A DNA stretch of 64,000 nucleotides from Eledone cirrhosa. Its lineage: Eukaryota. The notes beneath the pieces are model-generated. The model saw only the letters and a program-made list of their open reading frames with translations. It ran no database searches and was not told the DNA's origin. The position numbers and the translations under genes are program-made. The stretch lies in the NCBI GenBank assembly GCA_964016885.1, contig OZ024743.1:165788001-165852000 (forward strand), read 5' to 3'. Positions 51,019 through 64,000 of this stretch are shown here, piece after piece (the first letter of the stretch is position 1; each line of letters starts with the position of its first letter).

Positions 51019-51605
51019 TTACGTTGAGAAAAAATATTTGGTTCTTAAATTGAGTTTGGTAATACGTGGCCATAAAGATTTTAGGCAAGTTCGAACTTGA
51101 TCGGCGCGAGTCCCCTTTGATATCACAGGTAAAGATTGTCGGAAGTCCCCTAATAAAACGACAATGATTCCTCCCATGATTGTTGTGCTGTTCCGAATAT
51201 CTCTAAGGTCCAAGGCCTCCAAAGTGTGCCTATATACTATTGTGCATTCATCCCGCCAAAATTGCAACACATCTTTACAATACTTGGACAGCTCCTGAGT
51301 TATTCTTTATATGGCTCATGGACATTTCATTCAAACTGAGGTCCAAGTCCAAATTGAAAGCAGAATGAGCTGTCCGACCACCAGGTAAAAGTGTAGTGGT
51401 AATTCTAGATGAAGCAACCGCTAAAACTATTTTTTGGTCTTTTCTTAGACAACAATAGGTTTATAAAGGTTTTATCACGAGATAGAGACACCTCTGCAAA
51501 TGATGCATCCCATTTATTGTTGTCTTCCAACAGACCTCTCCTCATGCAGGCCTCTTGATAAGTGTTACAAACAGTGCTATTCACTTTAAGAAGTTCATCA
51601 AAGTC
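51019..51605 (-). mobile_element. Helitron Rep-helicase (Pif1-like) fragment
   Basis: TYQEACMRRGLLED, AVASS..TLLPGGRTAHSAF, DEC (motif II), GGIIVVLLGDFRQSLPV (motif III). Confidence 0.85.
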
Positions 51606-51613
51606 GCCTTGAT

Positions 51614-51701
<88 letters not shown>

Positions 51702-51735
51702 TATCTGTCCTTCTTTCATTGCCACTATTAATATT

Positions 51736-53704
<1,969 letters not shown>

Positions 53705-53781
53705 ATATATATATGCACACACACACACACACATATATACAATATATTAATAAATGGAAACTATATTTATAAAACCATATT

Positions 53782-53847
53782 TATTTTATTATATATATTT
53801 CAAGGGCAACCAAGGCAAATTATGGTGCACTTTCATCAGATAAAATA
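53782..53847 (-). ncRNA. Type I hammerhead in a TA-flanked PLE terminal fragment of about 185 bp
   Basis: Nearly identical to 41265-41332. Confidence 0.8.
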
Positions 53848-53925
53848 CAGATTTTTTTATAAATAAATATTGTCATACCCGGAAAAAAGACAACCTTAAC
53901 GGTTGGAGCTTCCTGGATAGCCATA

Positions 53926-53996
<71 letters not shown>

Positions 53997-54035
53997 ATAT
54001 TAAATAAGTGGAAACTATATTTATAAAACCATATT

Positions 54036-54097
54036 TATTCTATTATATATATTTCAAGGGTACCAAAACTTTGGTACGCTCTCATCAGATAAAATAT
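54036..54097 (-). ncRNA. Type I hammerhead in a TA-flanked PLE terminal fragment of about 225 bp
   Basis: Minus strand reads TATTTTAT-CTGATGA-GAGcGTACCAAA..TTTGGTACcCTT-GAAATATATATA-ATAGAATA; another copy begins at about 63930. Confidence 0.8.
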
Positions 54098-54214
54098 AAA
54101 GTTTGTTTTATAAATATTGACATATCCAGGAAGAAGATCTTAACAGTTCAAGTTTTTCCTGGATAGAAAACATTTATATTTGTTCAATTACCAACAAATT
54201 AAATATCCCTTTTG

Positions 54215-54281
<67 letters not shown>

Positions 54282-54286
<5 letters not shown>

Positions 54287-54620
54287 GTAAACAGAAATAA
54301 CAACACAATCGGTACAGTATATGGAAGGGATATATATAGCAGGAAGAGCTCTTAACGTTTCGGACGCTAGTCCTTCATCAGAAGAAAGAATGAGAAATAA
54401 AATAGATTGAGGGGACGGGCGGGATGGAATTGGAAAAAACGTCTTTAGATAAAAATAACAGATCCATTCATGTTGACATCTGTTGCAAAACTGTTGGTGC
54501 TGGCGTTTTGTGTATGATTTGTTTTTGTAGAAAAGTGGATGATGACGCGCGTCTACCTGAAATGGAAAAAAATTGTTTCGTAAAAAGAGCTATACTTGAG
54601 CACGTGCGTAAGCATGAATT

Positions 54621-54653
<33 letters not shown>

Positions 54654-56358
54654 TATTATAGGTCCGTATGAAGCTAAGAAGAAATGCGTGTGTATATGTG
54701 AGTAAAAGAGTATGTATGCATGTAAGTACGAAGCTATGAGCAAAAGTATGTTAATATAAGGGTGTGTATCGGCATGTATTAGTAGTAAGAGAAGCTGCTA
54801 ATGATCAAGAGAAAGCGATAGGAATCTAGGGGTGTGATAATGGACGGGGTATTAGAAAAATTTGGGAGGTGAGTTGAGTCCAAGAGGGGAATAGGACCCA
54901 AGACGGTGAATCAGACTTTGTTCAGTACTGGTGCGCGAGGCCTGTGATCCATGATGTAAAAGGACACCCAGGACTGAAACATGTAGGGAAGAATGACCAG
55001 GAGAACAGAAATGACAGGCGACAGGAGTATCCAAACCGAGTCGTATGTCCCTCAAATGTTCGGCAAAACGGTCCGCCATACGGCGTCCCGTTTGTCCAAT
55101 ATATAAAGACCCGCAAAGGGAACACCGGAGGGCATAGACAACGTGGGTGAAGGAATGGCGGATACGGAAAGAGCCGTTAGGGCCTGTAAGAGTGGTGAGG
55201 GTGGAAATAAAGGGACAAGTGTTGCAGCGGGAACGGGAACAGGGATGAGAGCCGGGTGGAGTCGTGGTAGAGGACGAAAAAGAACTTCGAACCAGGAGGT
55301 CGCGGAGTTTGCGGGCGCGCTTAAAAGAAGTAATGGGTGGGATCTGAAAAAAGCGAGAAGTGACGGGGTCAGAAGAGAGGATACAGAAGGAACGGAGGAT
55401 ATGTCACCGGAGTGGTAGGGTGATGGTGTGGTAGGTGAGAGGGAAAGGAACACGGGTGTTGGGAGGGCGGGGAGTGAGGTGAGAGGGCTGTGGTGCGGTC
55501 TGTTTCATGGGCGCGGGTGAGAGCAGCTCGGATAAAGGTAGGCGGATATCCATGCTGGATGAAGCAGGAAGCCGTGCGAAGGGAATGGGTTTCGAAATCG
55601 TCATCCTGGCTACAGAATCGACGAAGACGGAGGAATTGGGAATAGGCTATGGAGTGTTTGGTGTGGGTTGGATGGGAGGAGGTGAAGTCGAGGTAAGATT
55701 GGAAGTCTGTTGGTTTAATGTAGATGGAAGTCGAGAGGGTGTGGTTAGAGTGATTAATAGATAGAGAGATATCTAAAAAAGCGACAGAAGAATCGGAGAC
55801 GGAGGCGGTGAAATTGAGAGCAGGATAGAAAGATTGGACAAAAGAAAGAAAACAGTCGAGCTGTTCTCGTGATAGAGAGGTGGCGCCGATACAGTCGTCG
55901 ATATAGCGACCGTATAGCTCAGGAGTCGGTCCAGCGTACTGGGAGTAGATCTGGGCTTCGACGTAGCCAACAAACAAGTTGGCATAGTTTGGACCCATTC
56001 TGGTTCCCATCCCTACCCCAGAGATCTGCTGGTAAAATTACCCGAAAAAGAAAGTCCATTAAGGGTGAGAACAAGCTCAGCCAGACGGAGAAGAGTGGTA
56101 GTGGTGGGGTAAGGGGTAGGGCATATATCTAAAAAATGCTGGAGAGCGCGGAGGCCATCATCATGAGGGATGACGGTATAGAGAGAAGTGATGTCCAGGG
56201 TAAAGAGAAGGCGGGAGGGACCAGGAAGGAAGGAGAAAGAGTTGAAAAGTCTAAGGGCATGATTTGTATCGTGGATGTGGGAGGGAAGATTGCCGACCAA
56301 CGGGGCGAGGATGGTGTCTAAATATTCAGAAATGATCTCGGTGGGACAGTTGCACATC
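54282..56358 (-). mobile_element. Penelope-like element (Neptune-type), 5'-truncated, paralogous to 37400-40952
   Basis: LDITSLYTVIPH, MGTRMGPNYANLF, YGRYIDD, ADRFAEHLRDIR..GLNSP. Confidence 0.9.
54349..54386 (-). ncRNA. Minimal hammerhead in a PLE 3' end
   Basis: Minus strand reads TTCTT-CTGATGAA-GGAC-tagc-GTCC-GAAACGTT-AAGAG. Confidence 0.85.
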
Positions 56359-56679
56359 ACTAAACTTTACTTCAGAAAACTTTAACAATGGAAACTTAAA
56401 AGCCTGTTTAAAAATGGAAACGGTATCAATGCTTATTTGCGCATTCGTGTATTAGTTGTCATTAGTAATAAATATATATGTATACACACATGTAGAAATA
56501 TATTTGTGTGTATATACACGTGTATAAATATATATGTATATACACACATGTATAAATATATATATATGTATATACATTTGTATTAATATATATGTATACA
56601 CACATGTATGAATATATATATGTATACACACATGTAAAAATATATATACACACATGTATAAACATGTATACACACGGAT

Positions 56680-57392
56680 GGAGATTGCCGGAGATGAGAT
56701 TGTATTAGTATGGACTTGTGTTGCATGTGAAGGATAACAGCTGTACAAAAAGGTGCAGAGCGCTCAAAATCGATGGAAGCTATGTAGTGGACAGGCCTAG
56801 GAAATCTTGGGATGAGGCGATAAAAGCTGACCGTGCACAATTTCACCTCTCAAAGGCAATGACAGGTCTGTAATCTCTGGCGCTATGAAATAATACAGAA
56901 GACTCGCCTTCCATACGCAGGAGCTGAGGCATACGTTTAGTATGCACCACCTTCCCTCCCATCACCCCTTCCACGTTCTAATCACACCATCCCTATATCT
57001 ACCTCTCCAAGCATCCCTCCACCGAAGTCCCCAATAAATCCACACTATAAAGAGGTCACCCTAGAGACTCGTCAATAAGCGTCCAGTCCACACTGTGAAG
57101 TGGTCATGTAGGTGCCACACCAAAAAGCACCCGGCACACAGTGTAAAGTGGTCGAGTTGGTGACACAGTAAAAAGTGCCCAGCCGACACTGGAAAGTGGT
57201 CGTGAAGGAGAGTCACGACAAAAAGCATCCAGTAGACACTGGCTGGCGTTAGGAAGGGCATCTAGCCGTAGAAACAAAGCCAAAATCAGTTCTGTGTGAG
57301 CAAATCACGGTCCTCCGACCTGGATCTCTCACAATGGGACAGCATGTCTAATGCACGCCAGCGTGGAAAATAGATCTTAGACGATGATGATG
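56680..57392 (+). mobile_element. Degenerate RTE-type LINE 3' end with a SINE-shared tail
   Basis: Decayed KRCRALKIDG..RPRKSWDEAIKAD; about 44-48 bp subrepeats at 57075-57245; GGCGTTAGGAAGGGCATC.AGC.GTAGAAAC; (GAT)n tail. Confidence 0.7.
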
Positions 57393-57418
57393 GCACACAT
57401 GTATAAATGTATATCTAT

Positions 57419-57482
<64 letters not shown>

Positions 57483-57488
<6 letters not shown>

Positions 57489-57893
57489 AGATCAAAAGAT
57501 GGTTAAAGGAGTTCCATGTATTTTATTATGCGCATTTCAAAAACAAACATCATCGTGCAATAATATTTGTGTTTTCATCAGATAAAACAGGAGAACATGA
57601 TATGAAGGCTAAAAAATACTTGTGGATAGTGCAGTTTTAAATCAACATAAAAACTGCACTATCCACAAGTGTTTTTTAGCCTTCATATCATGTTCTCCTG
57701 TTTTATCTGATGAAAACACAAATATTATTGCACGATGATGTTTGTTTTTGAAATGCGCATAATAAAATACATGGAACTCCTTTAACCATCTTTTGATCTT
57801 ATATTATGTATACTCCAGTCCTACAAACTGTAGAGTGCTTCTTATCCGATATCTGCATTGCTTTATTGTACTACAATAAAACTCACCTCCTAC

Positions 57894-57895
<2 letters not shown>
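57483..57895 (+). mobile_element. TA-flanked PLE-type terminus with a 325 bp palindrome
   Basis: 57483-57638 is the reverse complement of about 57650-57807; a unique 3' extension runs to (TA)n. Confidence 0.8.
57699..57769 (+). ncRNA. Type I hammerhead, with a mirror copy at about 57519-57589 on the minus strand
   Basis: TGTTTTAT-CTGATGA(57707)-long stem II-GAAA(57750)-palindromic ATGCGCAT-A-ATAAAATA. Confidence 0.85.
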
Positions 57896-57947
<52 letters not shown>

Positions 57948-58136
57948 CTCGGCCCACATACCACAACAAAAATATATCTTTTGTCTTATCACCAGTCTCA
58001 GGAGCAGATCGATACTGGAGTCGGGTCTATAACTCCTATGGGTCACCTTGAGCCAATCCTCTGAGAAACGCGCGTAGCAGGTCGATAAGCATTAAATATT
58101 TTTCATATGTAAACGAAACTTCCTCACATTTTTTAG

Positions 58137-58257
<121 letters not shown>

Positions 58258-58557
58258 AGGTGTGCGTAGGTGTGTATGTGTGTGTGTAGGTGTCATAGAA
58301 ACCCTGCATTTGGATTTTACCATCAATTCCAATGGGTCCAGGTCTGTTTTTAGCATTTATTTTGTTTGACTTGTTTAGCTTCATTTGTTTTTTTGGGGCT
58401 TAGGTGGTTAATGCCTTCTTGACCACTTTTTCAGTTTGTATGGCGTTTTAACATGTTGTTTAGCTCTGGTTTTGTAACTATTGGGCGCTTGCCAGCATAA
58501 CTCTGATTTTGCGTTTCGTTTCGCTTTTTCTACCCGCGGAAATGCGATTCTCGCTGA

Positions 58558-58674
<117 letters not shown>

Positions 58675-58679
58675 TTATT

Positions 58680-61228
58680 AAGAAGAAAAATATTTTTTTT
58701 CCCATTATTTTTTGTCCGGGGTTAGAAAATGTTTAAAACAAATTATTTTACTTTCTGTGAAGTGTCAAAGCATTTATTTATTTATTAACAATTATCGGTT
58801 TCAGCATTTTATGCGTTTTCAAATTTTGTGAGTGGGAGAGAAAAAAAAAGGATTTGTTTGTACAAAATGTAGAACAGAAATTAAGGTGATGTTAAACATG
58901 TTAGAGGAAGTAATGGGGGTAATGGGAAAGAGGAAATAATATTATTTACAAGCATGGTTTTTTTAAGACAAGCAGTGCAAGCATTATTTTTAGGCGAGAT
59001 AGCTGGAAAACGTTCCTTCTTTGAGGAGGCAAGTGGCCGTCTGGGACTGGATGTGTTTTCCCTTTTTAGAGAATTAATATGCAGGGGGAGGTAATTCAGG
59101 GTGGGAGGATAGGGTAAGAGAAAGAGAGGGGATAATTCCTTTATTTAAGAAAAAGGAATAGGCAGTAACTCCTAAGAGAACACATAAATTTGAGATATGG
59201 GTAACGTAGAAATAGAAGTAAAATAGTCCCTTATGGGTGACTCTAGGGTTCACTGTTCATTCTACTTTTAGTTTAGTCCATTTAGAAGGGGTTGGAATTT
59301 GTTAATGAAGTACGTTTCCTTATTAGTGCGTTGGATGAAAGAAGCGTTGTCTATGAATTTGTAGATGGGGAAAATTCTAAAGTTTGGTAGTTGGTCAGGT
59401 GCACAGTTGGCGATATGTTCACTAAGAGCAATCTTTCTGTATTCCTGTATTTTGATTTGTGATCTATAGACGGTCATACGTTGTCGGAGGCTGTTTTTTG
59501 TCTGTCCTATGTAGTGCTCTCGACAACCTGAGCAGGTCAAAACATAGATTAGGATGCACATGTAAAGTTGTATTTAACTGTGAAATGTTGTCCTTGTTTA
59601 AAGTAGAATGTTGAACCTTCTATTAGACTTATGCATATACCACAGTTGGGCCTTCCACATTTTCTTTTTACTGTATGGTTCATTGTGAGGGTTGGCTGGA
59701 TTTTGGCTTGTGTGAGGATATTTTTTATGGATTTAGGTTGTCTTTTGCTCTTTATTATGTGTGTTTGGAGGATTTTATTCATTCTTGGGTATCTTTTAAG
59801 TAAAGGTATGTGCTGGAGGATGGTGTCGAATGCCTCGTTGTTGAGGGGGTTGTGTGTGGAGATGTATGGTAAAGTTTTCTGTTGCGGTTCATTCGTTGGT
59901 TTGGTGTGTCTAAGTTCCTGGATGTTGAGTTTTAGGGCACCTTGGAATCCATTGTTGATTAGGGAAGGTGGGTAATTTCTGCTGATAAGAGTGTTCTTTA
60001 ATTCTTCTAGTCGTGTGTAGCATGTGTATTTATCAGAAACTATTGTGCAGGTTATAAAGAATTGCCATTTTGTTATGGCGAGAGTGGCACGAGTTAAAGG
60101 GAAGATATTGTTTGGAGTCTGTGGGTTTATAGTATGTCTGTTTCTATTTTGTTGTTTGTTTTCTTGATGAGGATGTCAAGGAAAGGGAGTTGTTCATGGC
60201 TGTAATCCATTGTAAATTGAATGTTTGTGTTGAGTCCATTTAGAAGTGTTTTAAACTTAATAAGTCTTTCTATACTTTCATGCCAGAGGATGAAGCAATC
60301 GTCCAGATATCTCTTCCAGTTTTTTTTCTATGTGGAGGTAGAAGGGGTTACCGTATTTGTCTAGAACTTTTCGGTAGAGAATGGTTTCCAAATATCCCAT
60401 GACAAGGTTGGCGTATGAGGAGGCTACTTTCGTGTCCATGGCAGTCCAAAATTTCTGTCTGTAGTATTTGGCATCGAATTTGTAGTAGTTATTTTCCAAG
60501 ATGAATTTGAGGCCCTCCATCACAAATTCTTTAGAGATGCGGTGTGGAAGTTCATTAGGGTAATTTTCAAACCAGAATTGGATTACCTCTATACCTAAGT
60601 CGTGTGGGATATTGGAATAAAGATTGATTACATCAAAGGATACTAGTAGCGTATGTTCATTATTAAGTGTTATTTGGAGATTGTTGGGCATATCCAGGTC
60701 GTCCCTTATGTAGCTTTTAATGTGTTTCAGGAATGGTTTAGGCAGTATATCTAGGAAGCTGCTTAGGCGGTGGTACCTGTTATTATGGGTCTTAATTTGA
60801 GGTCATTAGGAGGGGGGAGGGGGCATTGATGAAAATGTCTGTGGCCTCGTTGCAGGCCCTGCCTATCTCTTCGCTTTTGTGTATCTTTGGGATACCGTAG
60901 AAAAGGCTGGGTCTGCTTTTGAAGTTAGTGATATAGTTGTACTCCTTGTCGGTAAGACCTTCTCTGTAAAGGGTTGTTAGAGATTTTTGGTTTCTCATTG
61001 TTTTCTGTTGGCTGTAGTGTTGAGCCTTTTCGTAGTATGTTTCGTTTTCTAGAGTTGGGAGTACTAGGGTTGTGTAGTATTCTGTCTTCATAAGGACTAC
61101 TGCACTCCCTTTATCCGCCTCTTTGATTGTTAGAGTTTTATCGTTCTTTAAACTGTTAAGACCATTCCATTATTTTTTGTTGAGGTTTGGTTTGTGTTTA
61201 TGCCTGTGTAGGTGATGGTATGGGTAAT
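58680..61228 (-). mobile_element. Penelope-like element (RT + GIY-YIG), degenerate
   Basis: IKEADKG, FYGIPKIHK, SFDVINLYSNIPH, AMDTKVASSYANL, RYLDD, CGRPNCGIC, LIYVLTCSGCREHYIGQT. Confidence 0.9.
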
Positions 61229-61282
61229 TAGTACACACATACACGTGTATAAATATATGTATGTATACACATATGTAAAAAT

Positions 61283-61319
61283 ATTCTGTTGTTAGACACG
61301 CAGTGTCTAACAACAGAAT
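61283..61319. repeat. Short hairpin palindrome
   Basis: ATTCTGTTGTTAGACAC-gca-GTGTCTAACAACAGAAT. Confidence 0.8.
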
Positions 61320-62029
61320 GTTTTAAGTCTGCGTGTCTGACATATATGCGTAGCTTGTGAATAAAAAATTCAAGTGGTGTCGCTGGCCGTGGTGATCGCC
61401 AAACATGTTTTGTAATGTATCGTCTTATTGGCTAATCAACCAACGAGAGTAATTGTTGCTCAAAAGCATCCGCCATTTTGTTTGCACGTCTATTTATCGT
61501 TTCGCTTTCGAATCTTCCTCCTGTATTTCGTCGTTTGTCATCAAAATATTTTTCTCGCTTTGGTAAGTTATATTGTTAATTTATATATGATTATTTAAAT
61601 TTATAGTAACTATTTTATTTTCAGTTCGTTATAACATGCTTATAATATTGGTTGTATCATATTTACTTGTATATTTGTCCATTTTATTGTTCGTTTCATG
61701 TTAGATTATTTTTTTTATTATTATGTTAGACTATTTGTATGTAATATTTGATGTTTATTAATTCAACTATAACAATTATTATGTAAAATATATTTATTTA
61801 ATATTGATTGTTTTTTGAAGTTGTTTATATATTTATTTAATATTGATTGTTTTTTGTAGTTGTTTATATTAAAAGTCTGAAAATATTTTTATACATCTTA
61901 CAATAATATTTATAAGATCATTTATAAAATAACAATCATATAATCTAATTACATTACAACGATAATTTATTATTAATATATATCGTGTTTAACTAGAGTT
62001 ATTACAAGCGTTGCCTTAAAAAAATATTA

Positions 62030-62307
62030 AACTAGACCTGAAAATGCGCAAGCTCAAAAGAGCCACAGAATGTTATAATAAACCTTCAAAAGTGTGGGAC
62101 TAGAGTTGTTGCTCAAAAATATTGTAATCATTATCTATCGTACATTCTGTGGCATCCTTTTATAAAAAATATCACAATAAATACATCTAGAGTGTACGAT
62201 AGATAATGATTACAATATGTTTTAGCAACAACTCTAGTCCCACACTTTTGAAGGTTTATTATAACATTCTGTGGCTCTTTTGAGCTTGCGCATTTTTCAG
62301 GTCTAGT
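62030..62307. repeat. MITE/foldback-like inverted repeat with ACTAG..CTAGT termini
   Basis: 62030-62144 is the reverse complement of about 62193-62307. Confidence 0.75.
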
Positions 62308-62602
62308 GTAAATATGTGTATACACACATGTATAAATACATATGTGTATTTACGCAGTTATTGGAAAAATCGTGTAAATTCATTTTTTAAATGTATAAGT
62401 GAGTAAGGTCCCTAAGACTATTAGTAATTTATTTTTTTTAAAAAAATGATAAACATCGAAAAAATCGATTAGTATATCGGAAAAAAATCGATTTAAATTC
62501 CACGAAATTAAGAGTGGGGTTTCAGACAATACTTTAATTATTACCAATGCATTCACGATTTCGTGTAATTGCCGGTCAACAAAAAACTTCCATTTTAAAT
62601 AG

Positions 62603-62664
<62 letters not shown>

Positions 62665-62674
<10 letters not shown>

Positions 62675-63835
62675 TAAAACATGTCTATAGAATCACAAGA
62701 TAAAATATATACTATTTCCTCTCCCAATTAGCATAATTAACTATATAAAAAATCGAATAGACCAGGCTATAAGAATGAGGCTTCTATGAAGAAATCTCCG
62801 ACAAATAACCAAAACTAGCCCTTCGCGTCGGCCGTAGCGGAATATGTATCGAATATTTCGACTCCTGTTTAGTTGACTATATCTGGGCGATTACGCTGTC
62901 GAAATATTCGATAAATATTCCGCTACGGCCGACGCGAAGGGCTAGTTTTGGTTATTTGTCGGAGATTTCTTCATAGAAGCCTCCTTCTTATAGCCTGGTC
63001 TATTCGATTTTTTATATAGTTAATTATGCTAATTGGGAGAGGAAATAGTATATATTTTATCTTGTGATTCTATAGACATGTTTTATGATATATAGCTCTG
63101 ATTGTTTAATTTATTAATTTTTCATTGAGCCACAAAGTGACAAGTTGCAAAACACGTATATGTATATATATGTATATATATATGTAAAATTTTATATGTA
63201 ATAATCTCCCATTAGGTTGAGATACAAATTTGGCTGTATTGTGCTGTGCTTTCTAGCAAAAATGCCACCAGTCGTAAGCAACTACCACACCCCCTTCGAA
63301 CCTGACCGCGACTACGTCACGATTTTTAGCCATTTTGAATTAATTCTTGGCGCGATCACTTTGGAAAATTTAGTGTCTAGATAAGAGCGAACTTCCTGAT
63401 GAATCCGACGCTCGAGTTTATATAATTATTACATAATTATTGGAAGACTCAAAATACGGATGAAACCATGGTAGAGGTATTTAAATGTATTCTATTTTCT
63501 CCTAGTTTATTTTACACCTAATTCTGTTTAGTTGACTGTAGCTGGGCGATTACGCTGTCGAAATATTCGATAAATATTCCGCTACGGCCGACGCGAAGGG
63601 CTAGTTTTGGTTATTTGTCGGAGATTTCTTCATAGAAGCCTCATTCTTATAGCCTGGTCTATTCGATTTTTTATATAGTTAATTATGCTAATTGGGAGAG
63701 GAAATAGTATATATTTTATCTTATGATTCTATAGACATGTTTTATGATATATAGCTCTGATTGTTTAATTTATTAATTTTTCATTGAGCCACAAAGTGAC
63801 CAGTTGCAAAACACGTATATGTATATATATGTAAA

Positions 63836-63840
<5 letters not shown>
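62665..63840 (+). mobile_element. Non-coding hammerhead element: inverted 5' end plus about 1.5 copies of a 659 bp unit, in (TA)n
   Basis: 62665-62862 is the inverse of about 62898-63094; 62865-63190 is repeated at 63524-63840. Confidence 0.8.
63391..63478 (+). ncRNA. Type I hammerhead with about 59 nt stem II domain
   Basis: ACTTC-CTGATGA(63396)-ATCCG..GAGT..ACTC..CGGAT-GAAA(63462)-palindromic ACCATGGT-A-GAGGT; predicted cut after 63473. Confidence 0.85.
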
Positions 63841-63933
<93 letters not shown>

Positions 63934-64000
63934 ATATTAAATAAATGGAAACTATATTTATAAAACCATATTTATTCTATTATATATATTTCAAGGGTAC

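Noticed and set aside
51019-51270. Host Pif1 helicase exon
   Set aside because: Adjacent Helitron-specific motifs, deletions and frameshifts indicate a transposon relic.
57978-58082. Hammerhead-like GAAACGCGCGTA with a palindromic stem III
   Set aside because: The matching upstream core reads CTTATCA, lacking G5 and G8. At best it is a dead relic.
61380-61630. Host promoter or first exon (CCGCCATTTT, GTAAGT donor)
   Set aside because: No downstream coding exons are identifiable, and it lies next to palindromic repeat sequence.

Overview
This AT-rich, microsatellite-dense animal sequence is almost entirely retroelement-derived, and I found no intact host gene. The SINEs resemble those I recall from octopus genomes, so a cephalopod origin is an inference. 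The window holds a head-to-tail stack of five Tx1-clade LINE copies separated mainly by (GATA)n, and an R4/Dong-type RT-RLE element with two 3' copies in (CATA)n. It also holds at least six Penelope-like element (PLE) remnants next to (TA)n, plus RTE, CRE-like and Helitron fragments, SINEs and a possible solo LTR. The ORF track misses the strongest signal: about 25 type I hammerhead ribozyme folds that I could pair by eye. Some lie in the 3' ends of coding PLEs. Others lie in non-coding 470-660 bp units that occur as tandem, terminally redundant or circularly permuted copies with inverted 5' ends inside (TA)n. That layout is expected of retrozyme-like, circular-RNA-templated elements mobilised by PLE proteins. 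All family calls come from motif recognition, and no search or folding program was run.
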